Shown: one piece after another, positions 1 through 12,878 of the stretch
Position numbering within the stretch: the stretch's first letter is position 1
Layout: every line of letters starts with the position of its first letter
Made by a program: the position numbers and the translations under genes
Notes under the pieces: generated by a model
What the model saw: only the letters and a program-made list of their open reading frames with translations
Databases searched by the model: none
Told to the model about the DNA's origin: nothing
Assembly: GCA_016748015.1 (NCBI GenBank)
Contig: JAAOMT010000591.1
Coordinates: 853,050 to 917,049, forward strand
DNA length: 64,000 bases
From: Geosiphon pyriformis uo1
Lineage: Eukaryota; Fungi; Glomeromycota
Direction of reading: 5' to 3'

Positions 1-2802
1 TGTTTTGGCTCAGTTGTAACTCCTGAGTGGTTCAATCGAGGATGGTTTTTGTTTGGGTGAGCCAGTTATTACCAACTAGCACTTAGTACTGAGTGGCTTC
101 CATAACTAGTACTTTAATTGGGATAATTATGCCATTGACTTCTATAGGGAAGTCGTTAATTTTGCCAATAGAAGTTTTGGTTGTTCCATCAGCAATAATG
201 ATTCTTGTGTTGGCAGCTCGATTAACTTGGTGACCTAATTAATCCATGAGTTGTCTTGTGATGATACTGTCAGTTGATTCACTATCTAGGATTAGTTTGA
301 TGAGGTGGCCATCGACTTTCACATCAGTGTATATTGCTGTGATGGGTTTTTTTTCTAAGGCAGCTCTACTAAATAGTGGTACCATTGTGGTTTCCTTGAG
401 TTTGAAAGGGAATATGGTGGCCAATGTTTTGTTATTGGTGACAGTAACTAGAGGTATATTGCTAGTAAGTACTAATGGTCAATTAGATTCTGAGTTGTGG
501 GAGATGGCGTCTTCTAAAGTAACCAAAAAACTTAAATAGTGTTAAAAATTTGGATTTTGGGTGGAACCAGTACTTAAATTCTACTGATGAGAACCAGATT
601 GTTGTGTTGATGAACTGGGGATTAGTTGGTAAACTATCATTGCTGATTTCCAGTTTTGTTATGTTATTCTCGGCCTTTAGGTTCCGTTTTAAGATAAGTT
701 TTGTGGCAGTATTTGAATTTGGGGTGTTTGATAGATTAACTGGGGCTGCAGCTAATAAATTGTTGGTGGCTACAGTTGATAGATGGCCTGTGGTTGATAT
801 ACTAAAGTTTGATATACTGGTGGTTGATAGATTGGCTGTTGCATTATGGGCTGGTAAATAGATTGATCTTGATTTTGATAGTTATTTGGGTTTGGAACTG
901 GCAATCAGGGTTTCGATATTGATTTCCCGATTGTGGATTGCTATAAGTATGGTAATTAACTTGGATATGGCCTTGTTTACCACAGTTATAACAGACATGC
1001 ATCTTTTGCTGCCACAGCTAATTGGAGAATGTTGGAAGATGCGACTGATTTTGGAAATGATTGGCATTTTCTTGATTATTGCATCATTGTGGAGGTTAAT
1101 AGATTGGACAATTGTCAGCTAAGTATCCTTCTAATTTCTGATTAATTAAATCACTGAATTGTTTCAATTTGGAATCTAGTTCAGATGATCCATTTATTAC
1201 TAAGTTTATGGCTTGAGTATGATTGGCCTCTAACTCTGCTGACTCGAAATCCCTGGCATGTGTAACTGTGTCTTGAAGGGTGTTGGGATACAATGTGCAT
1301 ACATGTTGCAAGATGCTATTGTGCAGGCCATGGATAAACTGGTTGAGAATTTGTGGTACTGTAAAATAGTTAGCATTGATTGCTTGAATCTGTTGCAGAT
1401 TTCTATGGAAGCATCCCAGGTAAGTGATAACTGCTTCAGTTTTTCTTTGTTTGATAGTAGTGAAAGTGTTGGCCAAGCAATTAATACTATTATTATTACT
1501 GAAATATCTCAAGAACTCCAGTTTGAATTCCTGGAAGGTTTGTGGTTTGGCTGCTAAACTTTAATACCAGGAATCAACAGTATCCTGGAAAAAGTATGGG
1601 ATTGCTTGGAGAGCTCTTTGGTTATCCCAGTTATTCACCATGATTGCTTTGGCAATGTTATTGATCCATGCCTGGGCATTGTCTTCTTCACTGGTAAACT
1701 TCTCAAGTCTCATGATTAGTGCAAATGCCATGGATTGTTGTTGTTGCTGTAGAGATAGTACTAAAGGCTGTTGAATTGGCTGTTGTGAATGTTGAATTGG
1801 TTGCTGGAGTGGCTGCTATTAAATCAGTTCAATAATCAGTTCAATTGGTGGCTGATGGATGATGATTTCTGGAAATAAGTTTTGCTAATTGATTGTTTCG
1901 GGGTTTCAATTATCCTGAGTTGGCAGTGTCTGAATATTCGGAGTTTCAATTTCTGGGTTTTCTGGATTTAGATTTGGCTGGGTTTGAGAATTTGGGGTTT
2001 CAAATTCCGAGTTTTCAGTAATCAGATTCTGGTAAGTGAATTCTTAATCCTCAGATTCTTTTTTTTCTTTTTTTTCTTGTTCTCCTTCCGATTCAGTGAT
2101 TTCCCACAGACTCATTGTTCCGAAATCTGGTTGAGGTGGCAGAGATTGAAATCCTGATGGTATTGGCGATCTAGATTTAAATTCTTCAAAATATTTGCCA
2201 TATGGTCCTAATAAATCCTCTTTCCTTTGTTTACTTTGAAATGAAAATTTTCCAAATGCTGATGTCGCAGTTGCTGTGAACGCATCTGTTGATATTATAT
2301 TAATGGTGCTTCTAGGTGTATAATGGTATGATGAGTTGGTTGGTGATTCAACCCTTGTTTTCTTCCAAGTAGGTGGTTGTATTTTTTGGGGTGTTATTGC
2401 TGGTGTTTGTAGTTTTTCTTTACCTTTACTTGCATAAATAATTGGGTATCTTTGCTGTGTGTGATATTCAATTTCTTTGTTGATTTCAGTGATGATGGAT
2501 GTGAAATTATGATTTGTTGGTAGGCTGGTGTTTTGAATTAATTCATTGTAAAAAGTTTCTCTTGCTGATTCAATATTTACTAATGTACCCAACAAATATG
2601 CAATTCTCTTGTTGACATAGAAATTGAAGGCTGATTCTGCTAATATGTGATTATGGTTCAACCCTAAGTGTTGACAATAATATTGAAATAAGGATTTTGC
2701 AAATCCTAGATTGTTTGCTTCTATGCTTTCTGATTCTGCCACTTTTGGATGGGGTTGTTGATGCTGGTTTTCTGTAGGATTATACTTCACAGGGAGCACC
2801 AA
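1..2802 (-). pseudogene. Gag leader + Gag (capsid, zinc knuckle region) + aspartic protease, disrupted
   Basis: ORFs 2044-2802, 1096-1512, 239-424; gag ATG at 1731 (MAFALIMRLEKFTSEE) in frame with the leader; homologous to element C. Confidence 0.85.
2785..2801 (-). promoter_or_regulatory. Primer-binding site of element A (TGGTGCTCCCTGTGAAG)
   Basis: TGG-starting, 2 nt inside the LTR; near-identical to the PBS of element B. Confidence 0.8.
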
Positions 2803-2803
2803 A

Positions 2804-3712
2804 TGTTACCAATAATTATTTGGGATCTCAAGTTAAATAACAAACCCATAACTTGGTGTTCAAAGGACTGTTCATGTTTGATGATAATCTGAAGATTTTG
2901 TAGTCTGAAGATTTTGTTGGAGTTCTTTGTATAATGAACAGAGATTCAATAGTTGTTTTATCCATAGCTTTCTAGAATCACAATTCTGTTAATTCTTCTC
3001 TCAGTGTGATGGTCGGCAATCTTCTGGTAAGTAATCTGTAATTTGCTTTATGTGCTCTACTCATTTGCAGGGGTCTTTTACTAAGCAATCTTTGACATCA
3101 GTAATCTAGCACTTTTAATCAATTAGTATACAACAATAAAATTAAAGAAAAAAATAAAGCAAAAATAGAAAAATAAAGAAAATAAAAAAATAAAAAAATA
3201 AGCCAAGACAATGTGCAGATTAGTATTCATCAATAGCCATGATCAAGAGCTATTGTTTCAGTGTGGTTAAGTATCGATTGCTATCAACATGGAGTGTTGA
3301 TAGTGAAAAGTAGATTTGGATGGTAAATAATTTATTTATTCAATATTTTGTGAATGGGAGATTTCTAACTAAAGAATTCTGCTTTTTCTACTTCTAATGC
3401 TACCACTATATATACATAATTGATGTTCTATGAAATTGCTCACATTTCCGAGCAATATGCTATGATTTCTTGAGCAATGTGCTCTAATTTTCTAACATCG
3501 CTCCACATTGCTGAGCAATGTGCCATGTTTTCTGATATTGCTCTACATTTCTGAGCAATATGCCATGATTTCTGACATTGCTCCACATTGCTGAGCAATA
3601 TGCCATGATTTCTGACATTGCTCCATATTGCTGAACAATGTGTTTACATGTTCAATACTATTTTCTTATTGGTCTGCTATTTTCCATATCTATTTTCTTT
3701 TTATGAGTAACA
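2804..3712 (-). repeat. 5' LTR of element A
   Basis: TGTTA/TAACA termini; colinear similarity to the solo LTR at 12068-12878; minus-strand TATA near 3407-3416. Confidence 0.88.
3438..3642. repeat. About 40-bp tandem repeat (about 5 units) in LTR A U3
   Basis: CTCCACATTGCTGAGCAATATGCCATGATTTCTGACATTG at 3501, 3541, 3581 and partly 3621. Confidence 0.9.
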
Positions 3713-4769
3713 CTGCTACAATTTTGTGCTTTTCTGTCTCTCTTAATATAATGAAACTGGAAAACATGCTGAAAAGGCTTATTGCTTTGGTGTTGAATCT
3801 GTTAGTGTACTTTGATGGTTTAGTTTTGGCTGGTGGTGTACTTTCCAAACCTCTCTCTCAATGACCAGTCTAATTTGAAAAATTGTCATATATAACATTA
3901 AAGATATAAACAATCTTGCTAAATAAGAAGATATTGTCTATTAGTACAAAGAAATGAATAATTTGGTCTTCATTATCACTAAAACAAAATTGAGGGGTAA
4001 AATTCATTCTTGAATTATGAACAAGTTTGATGGTGTTTATGTTTTTACTTCTGGTTTGGAATCTAGTTATCTGGGTTTTAGTGTTGCTGTTATAATAGAT
4101 GTTGGTTTAGCAAAACATGTGTGCAAGATTTCAGAGATTGCTGATAGACTCTTGTCTATTAAGCTGTTTTTCAAGAATAAGTTATCCATTTCAATTTTGG
4201 AACTTTATATTGGTGTTGTTCTGGCTGTACATCTGTTTCAAGCTGGTGATATTAACTCTTTAATTGTAAAAACTATAGATAAATCTTCTTTTGTTATCTT
4301 GAATGAAGATTTCAATAAAAATGGTTTGCACAGATGTGCTAGTTTCAAGAAATTCTTTGACCTAAGATTAATTAATTCTTTGTCAAGTAGTTTGACTGCA
4401 AAGAATTTTACATAAAAAAATTCTAAAAGTGCTGAAAAAACTATTAATTACATATTTGTCTCCTTAAATTTAATTAGTGCAGTGGTTTGTTGAGATGTAT
4501 TGAATGTTGATAACTATTTTGATACTAATTATCAAGCTGTTTCTGTGTTGGTGAGTCTGAAAGAATTACTAGATATGTGGTTGAATTTTTTTTGCAAATA
4601 TGTAAATAGAGATTGTTGAAAGTTTAATTTTAAAAGTGCAAATAATGCCAAATAAAACAAGTTTAAGAAAGCTTTAATGGCAAATACTGCTATGTTTTCT
4701 GATAATTTTTTGGTGTTTAGAAAGTTTTCAGATTTGGACATGATATAGAATACTATTTATAAAATAATA

Positions 4770-6113
4770 CAGAGGGGTATAAAAAGTATTAGATACTTAA
4801 TATAATATACAAAAAAAGCTATATATTCTAATACTATTACCAATTTAAGCCATACTTTTTTTATAATTACTTATAGTTATAATCTACAAATCAACATAAA
4901 TTGCATCCTTATAAAACACAACAGTGGATTATATGTGTATATATAAAATATTAAACATTTTTGTCATGAAAAAATTTATCATATCAAATATATCTTGGAA
5001 AAAAACTTTCTTAATACTAAAAAGAAGAGATTATTTTAGCAAAAAAGTTAGAACATATAAACAGTGAGATTTTCACAACTATTGAATATTTATATTCTTC
5101 TGTAATATATGTATAAAGTCATATAAACTAAAAAAACTTCTTAAAAAACAAACAGACTGACCATAAATTTTTGACAAATGTACATGTAAACAACTCAAAT
5201 ATTCAATAATAGAGAATAAAAAAACTCACCACTAAACTTTTTCTCAAATATGATTGAATTTTATTAAAGATACCAACAAATTTATTTCTATACAAAATAA
5301 ATTAGCTTAAAAAAGACTTCATTCATGTATTTCTTGTCTCAAGCCATTAATTTTCAAATCAAATAAAGAAAACCATTTACAATGGGCTTGTACTTATGAA
5401 AATTGAATAGTAAAAGATTTTAAACAAGTTGTTTAATTAAATGAATCTACATATACACAATTTAGAACTACAAGATTTGAATATATATGACATAAATCTT
5501 CTAAAGAGTTTCATAAGGATTGTATTACAGCCACAGTTAGAAAAAGCTTTGGTCACATGTTTTGAGGATGTTTTTCATGAGTTGGTTTAGGTTCTTTAGT
5601 TCCTTTGGTTGGTCATATTACTAGAGTTATATATCACAAAACCTTGGCTAATTATGTAATTTCTATGGTAAAACTTCATGCAAAAAAAACTAAAAAAAAG
5701 TTTTTTTTTCAGAAAGACAATGCACCAATTCACACATCAAAAGTTGCACGTTTTTTTTTATCTCTTCAAATGTTGAATTACTTTTTTGGCTAGCACAAAG
5801 TCCTGATATTACTCCAATAGAAAATTTTTGGTTATATATTGAAGTTAAAATTCGTTAACATAATTCACAACTCTCAAATATTGTGCAATTGAAACAGTGG
5901 GTTAAGAAAAAATGAGATGTAATATCTGCAAATTACTATCATAATTTGATCAAGTCTATGTTATATTGAGTTCAAGTTATTTTTGAAGCAAATGGAGGTC
6001 AAACAAAATACTAACATGTATTTTAATATAATAATAAAAAATAAAACAATTCATAAGTTAATTCTTTTATATAATATATTATAAAAGTGTCCAATATTTT
6101 TTATACCCCCCTG
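4770..6113 (+). mobile_element. Tc1/mariner DNA transposon, degenerate transposase
   Basis: About 29-bp TIRs (CAGAGGGGTATAAAAAGTATTAGATACTT / AAGTGTCCAATATTTTTTATACCCCCCTG); TA TSD; FQKDNAPIHTSK and WLAQSPDITPIENFW motifs. Confidence 0.93.
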
Positions 6114-6271
6114 TATATATGTTAGCTGGAGAAATTTTTAAAAAAAAATGGTTTAAGAACTATGATAATATCTTTACTAAATAGTTATCGAGATTTCACA
6201 AACTAAAACTTTTGGTATTTAAAATTGTTAAGGCCTTTTGGTTAGCCTTTTATGATAAGTTTGCATTATTA

Positions 6272-7531
6272 CTATGGTGCAAACCATTTATAGTCATCAA
6301 ACAATTTATATAATTTTAAATTGTATCTAGTCTTCCAATTTTAATAATATTAAAAAACTAAACTGTAAATATGTTAGATTAAGTTCTTCTCTTTCACATT
6401 TACGGTTTAATTTTTTGAATTATATTATAATTTATAAAGTTATTAAAGTTTAAAATTAGCCACTTTTATTATTAATCTTTAATTTTCGGATGCCGATCAA
6501 TCAGATTTTAGCCAATCAGCAATCACTAAAGTCACGTCACCACGTGATAAATCATCGAAGTATTATCATTTTCAGAAAGGCTTTCAATTAATATTAATCT
6601 AATCTTTAGATGGTCACTTTTTTATAAAGATATAATATCTCTCGGCCTGCGTGTCTTCTGCTGGTGACACGGCACCATTAACCATGAATATTCCATTCAC
6701 ACCACCACCATATTCGGTTGTCATTATTGGAACAGAAACCAGATATCAATATTGTTTACACCAGGCGTCAAAGAAATCGTAAAAGTACTATGAGCGATTG
6801 TCGGAGAATTTGGGAATGTCATCTGCGCTCTATTTGTAACCTTGCGTTATTATAATGTGGATACTTACTTTGAATTCACAAATAACCTTTCAATGATTAT
6901 AATGTTGCGTTTCAAAGAATTGCTTGGATCTAAGAGATATACGAAATCCCCTGTAATAAAGATTTCTGGTTAAATTTAATATTTGAATGATGAATTATAC
7001 CAAAGAGAAATATAACGACTAAAATACCTATCGTGTATTCGACCGAATCATGATCTAGTTTTAAAATTGGTTTCCTAGGTTGTAAAAGGAATTTCGATTG
7101 TTGAATATTTCAACAAATTATTAGAATGTGATATATAATAGCTTATCACAATAATCAAGAAACTTACATCAGTTGGTGTTAATTTAGGGGAATCAGATTG
7201 GAATTGAAAGATCTTTGGCTTTACCTTGATTGAGAAAACTGAAGTTGTCTTAAAGCCCATAACCTTGAATAGCTCTTTTTTGTTAGTGTTGTACATTTTC
7301 TAACGAGTTCGTTTTGATGCAAAAAATGTATGAAACGTATTAGTTCAAGTAGATAAAACCCAGATTTTTTTGTAAAAGCCTAATAAACTTCTTACTTATA
7401 AATAATATATTAAAAACACATGTATATTAACCAATAAAATTTAATTATATAAATAAAAACACGTGAAGATCGTCATTTAAAATTTCGGACTGATCTACAT
7501 TTTTGATGATTATAAATGGTTTGCACCATAG
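6272..7531. mobile_element. Non-autonomous TIR DNA transposon (30-bp TIR, TTA TSD) carrying captured gene fragments
   Basis: Left CTATGGTGCAAACCATTTATAGTCATCAAA; right TTTGATGATTATAAATGGTTTGCACCATAG; TTA on both sides; LINE sequence flanks it; no transposase seen. Confidence 0.9.
6613..7296 (-). pseudogene. Spliced fragment of a BAH-domain / RSC-polybromo-like gene inside the TIR element
   Basis: Exons 7074-7028 and 6950-6869 with GT-AG introns give KPILKLDHDSVEYTIGDFVYLLDPSNSLKRNIIIIERLFVNS (BAH N-terminus). A downstream piece reads SLTPGVNNIDIW...AERYYIFIKK* with one frameshift. Confidence 0.65.
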
Positions 7532-8379
7532 TTAAATGAGAGAGTTTTGATGTTGTTAATGCTTCTGTGGTAAAATTTCTTTTTCTTTCAGAGTCTTATT
7601 TTGCTGTTATTAGATCTGTTTTGGCTAAGGTTAAAAAATCTTATTGCTTCTCTAAATTGCTGAAATTAGAGTGTGTTAGAGAATCTCAGATTAGGTTAGC
7701 TATTAATAAAAAATAGAGAATTTTGTAGTAAACAAAGACCATACTATCAGAAGTATATTAGAGCAGCCCTTTTGCAAAGTAGTATTAAACCATCTGATTA
7801 TTGATAATAAGTTAATTCTGGAGCCTGATCTTGTCAAGTCCAAAGTAGATGTGATTATAGAAGACTAAACTTAGAAGCATAAAATGGTGACAGATTTTTT
7901 TGATGATTGATCTTATTAGTATTAATCTTTGGATTATGTTTTTGATAATGTTTTTTCAAATATGATGTGTTTAGTTAGTTTTAATGAGATGTTCAATGTA
8001 ATCTCAGCTCTGTTTGATGAAAAGACTATTGGTCTCTCTAACATATTAAATAAATTATGGAAGCATTGTAACAAATCTGTTTTGAATATGTTTTTAATGC
8101 TTTTAAACTCTTATTTGACTTGTAAGTTGGTGTCTGGTTCTTAGAAAAAGGCTTAAGTCTTAATAATTTTAAACTGTATAAGTAGGATGATATTTTTATG
8201 AATATTTAATCTATTGCTTTAATTAAAACAGCTTGCAAAGTTCTTTTTAAAATTCTTTTAGACAGAATTTTTTTAGCTTGTAATACTTTTGATGTTCTCT
8301 GTGGGAATAATTTTTCTGTTCTAAAAAGTACAATAATACAATCTCCTATTTTTGTTATTGGTTTGATAATAGAGGATGT

Positions 8380-9788
8380 TATTATTAATGGTTTTTGTCA
8401 TTATTAGAAAATATTTCTTAGCTCAACTGGTAATACACATTACCATAATTATGTTATTGACTATAGCATATTGTGGGTGTATAGACTATTTCAATAAGTA
8501 GAAGAGCAAAAAAGAGTTTGTGATAAAGTCATTAAAAGTAAAAAAAAGTATTGTTATTATTATTTGTTTTTGGACAAAAACCAATCTTAGGTATTTGAAA
8601 AGGAAAAGAAAAGTTATATCTCTTTATATGTATCAGAAATACAATCAGCAACAAGAAAAAACCAAAACTACTTAAGAAAATTGTAACCAGAATTCTTTCA
8701 ATTAGTCATCAAAAGAGTGTGATATTTAAATACCTGCTTTGAAAATGAAGTTATAGAAATTATAAAAAAGATTATAAAAGTCAAACATAACTGAAATAGA
8801 TTTTGCTTAAACTTTTTATTGTTAAGACCACTTTCTAATAACATGATACTTTATTACTTATTTTTATATTTAACAACTTGTTCAATAAAACAAGACTTAA
8901 TGTGAAATGATGATAACACATGATTTGAAAGATCAGAAGTAATAGAATAACTTGAAATGATGATAACAAGTAACTAAAAGATTATAAACAATGTAATTCC
9001 AAATGGTGATAAAAAATATGAGAAGACATACTTAAAATTGTAATAACAAATATTTAGAGCATAGAAAAAGAGAAAAGAGTGGAAGGAATAGAGGAAAGAA
9101 CTAACTGCTTACTATAAAACTATAACAAAGAGTTGGCTCAATATTGAATTAATGCTTTTTTGAGCTAACAAAGAGGCTATATATATAGCTAAATTATATC
9201 AGATCTATATACTATATTAAGACTATTTAAGATACATCAATTATTTATACATTTTAATTTAATCAATTCATGATAAACTTTACTCAACATGTTATTTTCT
9301 CAGAGCTAGTAATTTTTAGATAATCAGATTTAGATGGCTGGATCTAGAACATTATTTGTAAATTAATGATATCAATTGTGATTATGATCAACATAATCAG
9401 AAGTAGATCAATTGATTACATTTCTTGGTAACTACTTTTAATCATTAATTGTAGATTTGAAATGTTAGATTGTTTTAATAAAAGCATATAAGAATTTTGG
9501 AGCATAACAAAGCCTGTTGTTATCTGATTATATGCATCAATCATTTATTTCTATTGGTGTTTCTTAATTTGTCAAGATTTCTTTGTATCCAACTTAATTA
9601 AACTGTTGGCTTGTGCCATATTTCTTTGTTGTAATTAGATTGATTGTTGATTATTTATTTTCAAATTGTTGGCTGATTTTGTTGATTAAATATGATGATG
9701 TAAGTTTTTTTTGCATGATTTTAATATTAATTTCTATTGTATGTGTTGTAATTTTTGTATTGAAAAACATGAAAATTTTCCAGTAACA
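8380..9788. mobile_element. Solo-LTR-like insertion (1.4 kb) in LINE-1 RT
   Basis: TATTA (<TGTTA)...TAACA ends; ATGT TSD; removal restores GAGGATGTCTTAGAAAAAAAC (EDVLEKN); internal TATA and short tandem repeats. Confidence 0.8.
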
Positions 9789-12067
9789 ATGTCTTAGAAA
9801 AAAACTGTGAACTGTGACTGGTTTTGCAGAACATGCATAAAACTTATAATTCTGTTGAATAGAAACATTTCAAGAAAAGTTTAATTAGGATTAAAATATG
9901 TGGCAGATTTATTAGATTTTTTGGTAGTATTCATAATAATCAGATTAACAGAGTTATGATTAATTTTAGTTTGACTGGTGATTATTGGATTCATAATGGG
10001 TTGGATTAAAAGAAAGTTTTCTTACTTCTTTTTTGATACATATTTTATGATTCACTTTTGTGTGAAGTTAAGAAACAAAAGAGTATATGGTTATAAGTTG
10101 AATTTTTATTATGTTGTCAAAATTAGCTAAGCAAAATCTCAGACTGAATTGATCTCTTTTCTTACTGCTAATGTGTTTGTTGATGATACAATTTGAGTTG
10201 GTAGTAGTCAGACTGCTACACAGTACATTTTCAGTATTGCTAGTAAATTTTTTAGAATTAATGACATTTCTATAAATAATGATAAGACAGTAACCATTTT
10301 AATTAACTATAGGATTGTGAATTCATTTTTGTCTGTCAGTGACATGTCTATTTTTGTTGCCAAAAAAGAGAAATCTTATTACTATCTAGGCATTTTTTTT
10401 ATCTTTTAAGAGTTTGTCAAAGTCTAGCTTGGTTAAAATATATTTAGATCTCCAGTTTTTTGCCAATTTTGTTTTGAAAAAAACAATTTCTGATAAGCAG
10501 TTTTTGTATCTGGTATTAGCAGTCTTTTATTTCATTATTAGCTACAGGACTCAATTCAGTTTCATTTCTATTGGTATGTGTAATAAATAGAACACTTTGA
10601 TTTACAAAGCTTAAAATCTAAATTTGGTTTGCCATTTGATTTTCTCAATGATACAATACACTATTTTTCTTTATATAGTTTAAAAACTTTTAAACAGATC
10701 CAAGCAGAAAGCAAGTTGGCTTTTGTTGTTTGTTTTGCAAATTCTATTGGAGTTTTGGGTTATTTTTTTGCATATAAGTTACATGACCTGCAGATTCTTA
10801 GCTAACATCCATGCTATCTTTTGTTTTTTCTGGTTTATATTAATATTAATCTGTTAAATAATTTCTTGGCTGGTATAATCTGTATTTTTCTAAAGTATAA
10901 TTTGTCTTTGGGTAGTCTTACAACCAATGCTTTTTGTTTTTGGACTGGTACTCTTATATCACTTGTTCTTGGTAGGTCAATGTATTTTAAGTATATCTTT
11001 TTGCTTCAATGGTATAAAATTGCTTTTGTGGACCAACTTTGCAATCATATTGATATAGTTTTTAATTGGAAAATGTTCAAGAGGTGGAAAAAGTTGGATC
11101 CATGTGGCCCAGTTTCCAATTGGTTTAAGCTTTTAGTTTGTTTTCTTAATGGTATGACTTCTTTTCCTGTTTGTTTTCCTTTTTTAAAAGACATTGGCTT
11201 GTTAAATATTCTTAATTTTTGTGAATTTGGAGTTGTTTGTGATCATTTGTTGGGTGTTGATGCCAGTTGTCTTTCTGTCTATACAGATGGTTCTCTGTGT
11301 GGTTTGGAAACTGTTAATTTAAGGACTAGTGCAGCTGTTTTTTTTGAAAATATTAATTTTGGCTTAGGTATTAGGATCTCTGGCTTGGTGTTTCTGGCTT
11401 GGTGTCTTCTATTATAATAGAGTTGTATGCTATTTCACTGGTGCTTGAGTGTGTTCTTCTTTTTAGTTCAATTCAACTTTTCTCAGACAGCCAGACTGCT
11501 TTGAATGCTTGCAGATTGGAATTGGGTTTAGTATGTCTGAACTTCTAAAACAGGTGTTGAGTCAAATATTGTCATATTGTAAACATTATTTGTGAAAAGA
11601 ATTTGGATGTTAGCTGGCATAAAGTGAAAAGTTATTCAGGTGTTTCAGACAATAAACATGTTAATGTGTTTATAAAAACTGTTTTCTTCTCTAATTGGTA
11701 TCTTCTCTATCAAATTAAAAGACATTACATTAGGGCTGGTGATGATATTGTTTTTGGTAATTCTAGACATTTTGTTTGTAATGTTTTTTATTCTATTTAT
11801 CATACATGCTGGAAGATTGGTTCTGGTGCTTGGGTTGTAACAAACAGTCTACATACAGATGTTGATTGGTTTAGATTATCCTTGGTGTGACATTCTGATT
11901 TCCACTTGGCTACCAGTTTTATTAGTAAAAATACTGCTGATTCTTGCATGTATTTTATAAAGACTTTACATTACCAGTTTTCTGTTGCTGTTTGTAAGTA
12001 TTTGTATAACAGGTGTTATTCCAATATAATATGTTTGTTCTGTGAAGATGTTGAGATCTCAGACCAT

Positions 12068-12878
12068 TGTTATAAGTGATTATTTGGAGTCTTAAATCAA
12101 ATAACAACCTGTAACTTGGTGCTCAATTGATTGAATAATGTTGGTGGTTTCTGAAGATAATATTGACCTGAAGGTTTTGTTGTGAAGTTCTTTGTATAAT
12201 AGACAAAGATTTAACTAATAGTGTTATTTATGGCTTCTTAAAACTGCAGTTTTGTCAATTTTTTTCTTAGTGTAATGGCTGGTAATTCTCTTGGTAAGCT
12301 ATCCTCAATTGAGTGTTCTACTCTTATTCCTGGGTTTTTTACCAGTTACTTTGATGTCAGTACTCCATGCATTATTCTCTTTTAATTAATTAGTATACAA
12401 CAAGAAAATCACAAAAATGAAATAAAAAAAATAAAAAAAATAAAAAAAAAATAAAAAAACTAAGCCAAGACAATTTGCAAGTTAGTATTTCATTAATAGC
12501 CATAATCAAGAGCTATTGTTCTAGTGTGGTTAAGTATCAATTATTATCAACATAAAATGTTGATAATGAAGAGTGAATTTGAGATATTGAATAATTATTT
12601 ATTGATATTTGTGATGTAGAAAATTGCTTAGATTAAATCTAAAATAGAGAGATCTCCTTTTTCTACTTCTAACACTACTGCTATATATACATAATTGAAA
12701 TTTCTTAATTCCTCAATTCTTCACATCTGGAATCCTGTAATTTCTTTTGAGAGGATCCTGAAATTTTTGGAATCTTGCAATTTCTCTTGAGAGGAATCCT
12801 GGAATTCTACATTTACTATAGCTACTTCTAATTGGCTAATTTATATGCTAATATACTTCCTATATTTTATGAATAACA
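12068..12878 (-). mobile_element. Solo LTR of the element-A family
   Basis: TGTTA...TAACA; CCAT TSD; splits the LINE zinc finger (SDH|VFSC); similar to 2804-3712. Confidence 0.9.

Larger units (their letters stand above)
1..3712 (-). mobile_element. Ty3/Gypsy LTR retrotransposon A, 5' part (LTR, PBS, leader-gag, protease); runs off the window; inserted in ORF1 of LINE-1
   Basis: LTR 2804-3712 (TGTTA...TAACA); PBS next to it; gag-like and aspartic-protease ORFs (LILDSES, degenerate D-S-G) on the minus strand; LINE ORF1 resumes at 3713. Confidence 0.9.

Noticed and set aside
246-1557. Plus-strand ORFs over element A, and similar antisense ORFs over C and the LINEs
   Set aside because: Shadow frames of retroelement coding strands
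2804-3065. Protein-coding ORF within LTR U5
   Set aside because: Frames disagree between LTR A and the solo LTR; apparent synonymous bias is confounded by transition bias
3438-3642. CRISPR-like periodicity
   Set aside because: Head-to-tail repeats without unique spacers, inside an LTR, eukaryotic context, no cas genes
6270-7533. CACTA/Transib assignment of the TIR element
   Set aside because: Neither end has the terminal C and no matching TSD results; TTA with CTATGG ends fits better
8452-9509. Possible second LTR nested in the 8380-9788 insertion (internal TGTTA and TAACA)
   Set aside because: Flanks ATTA and AAGC do not form a TSD
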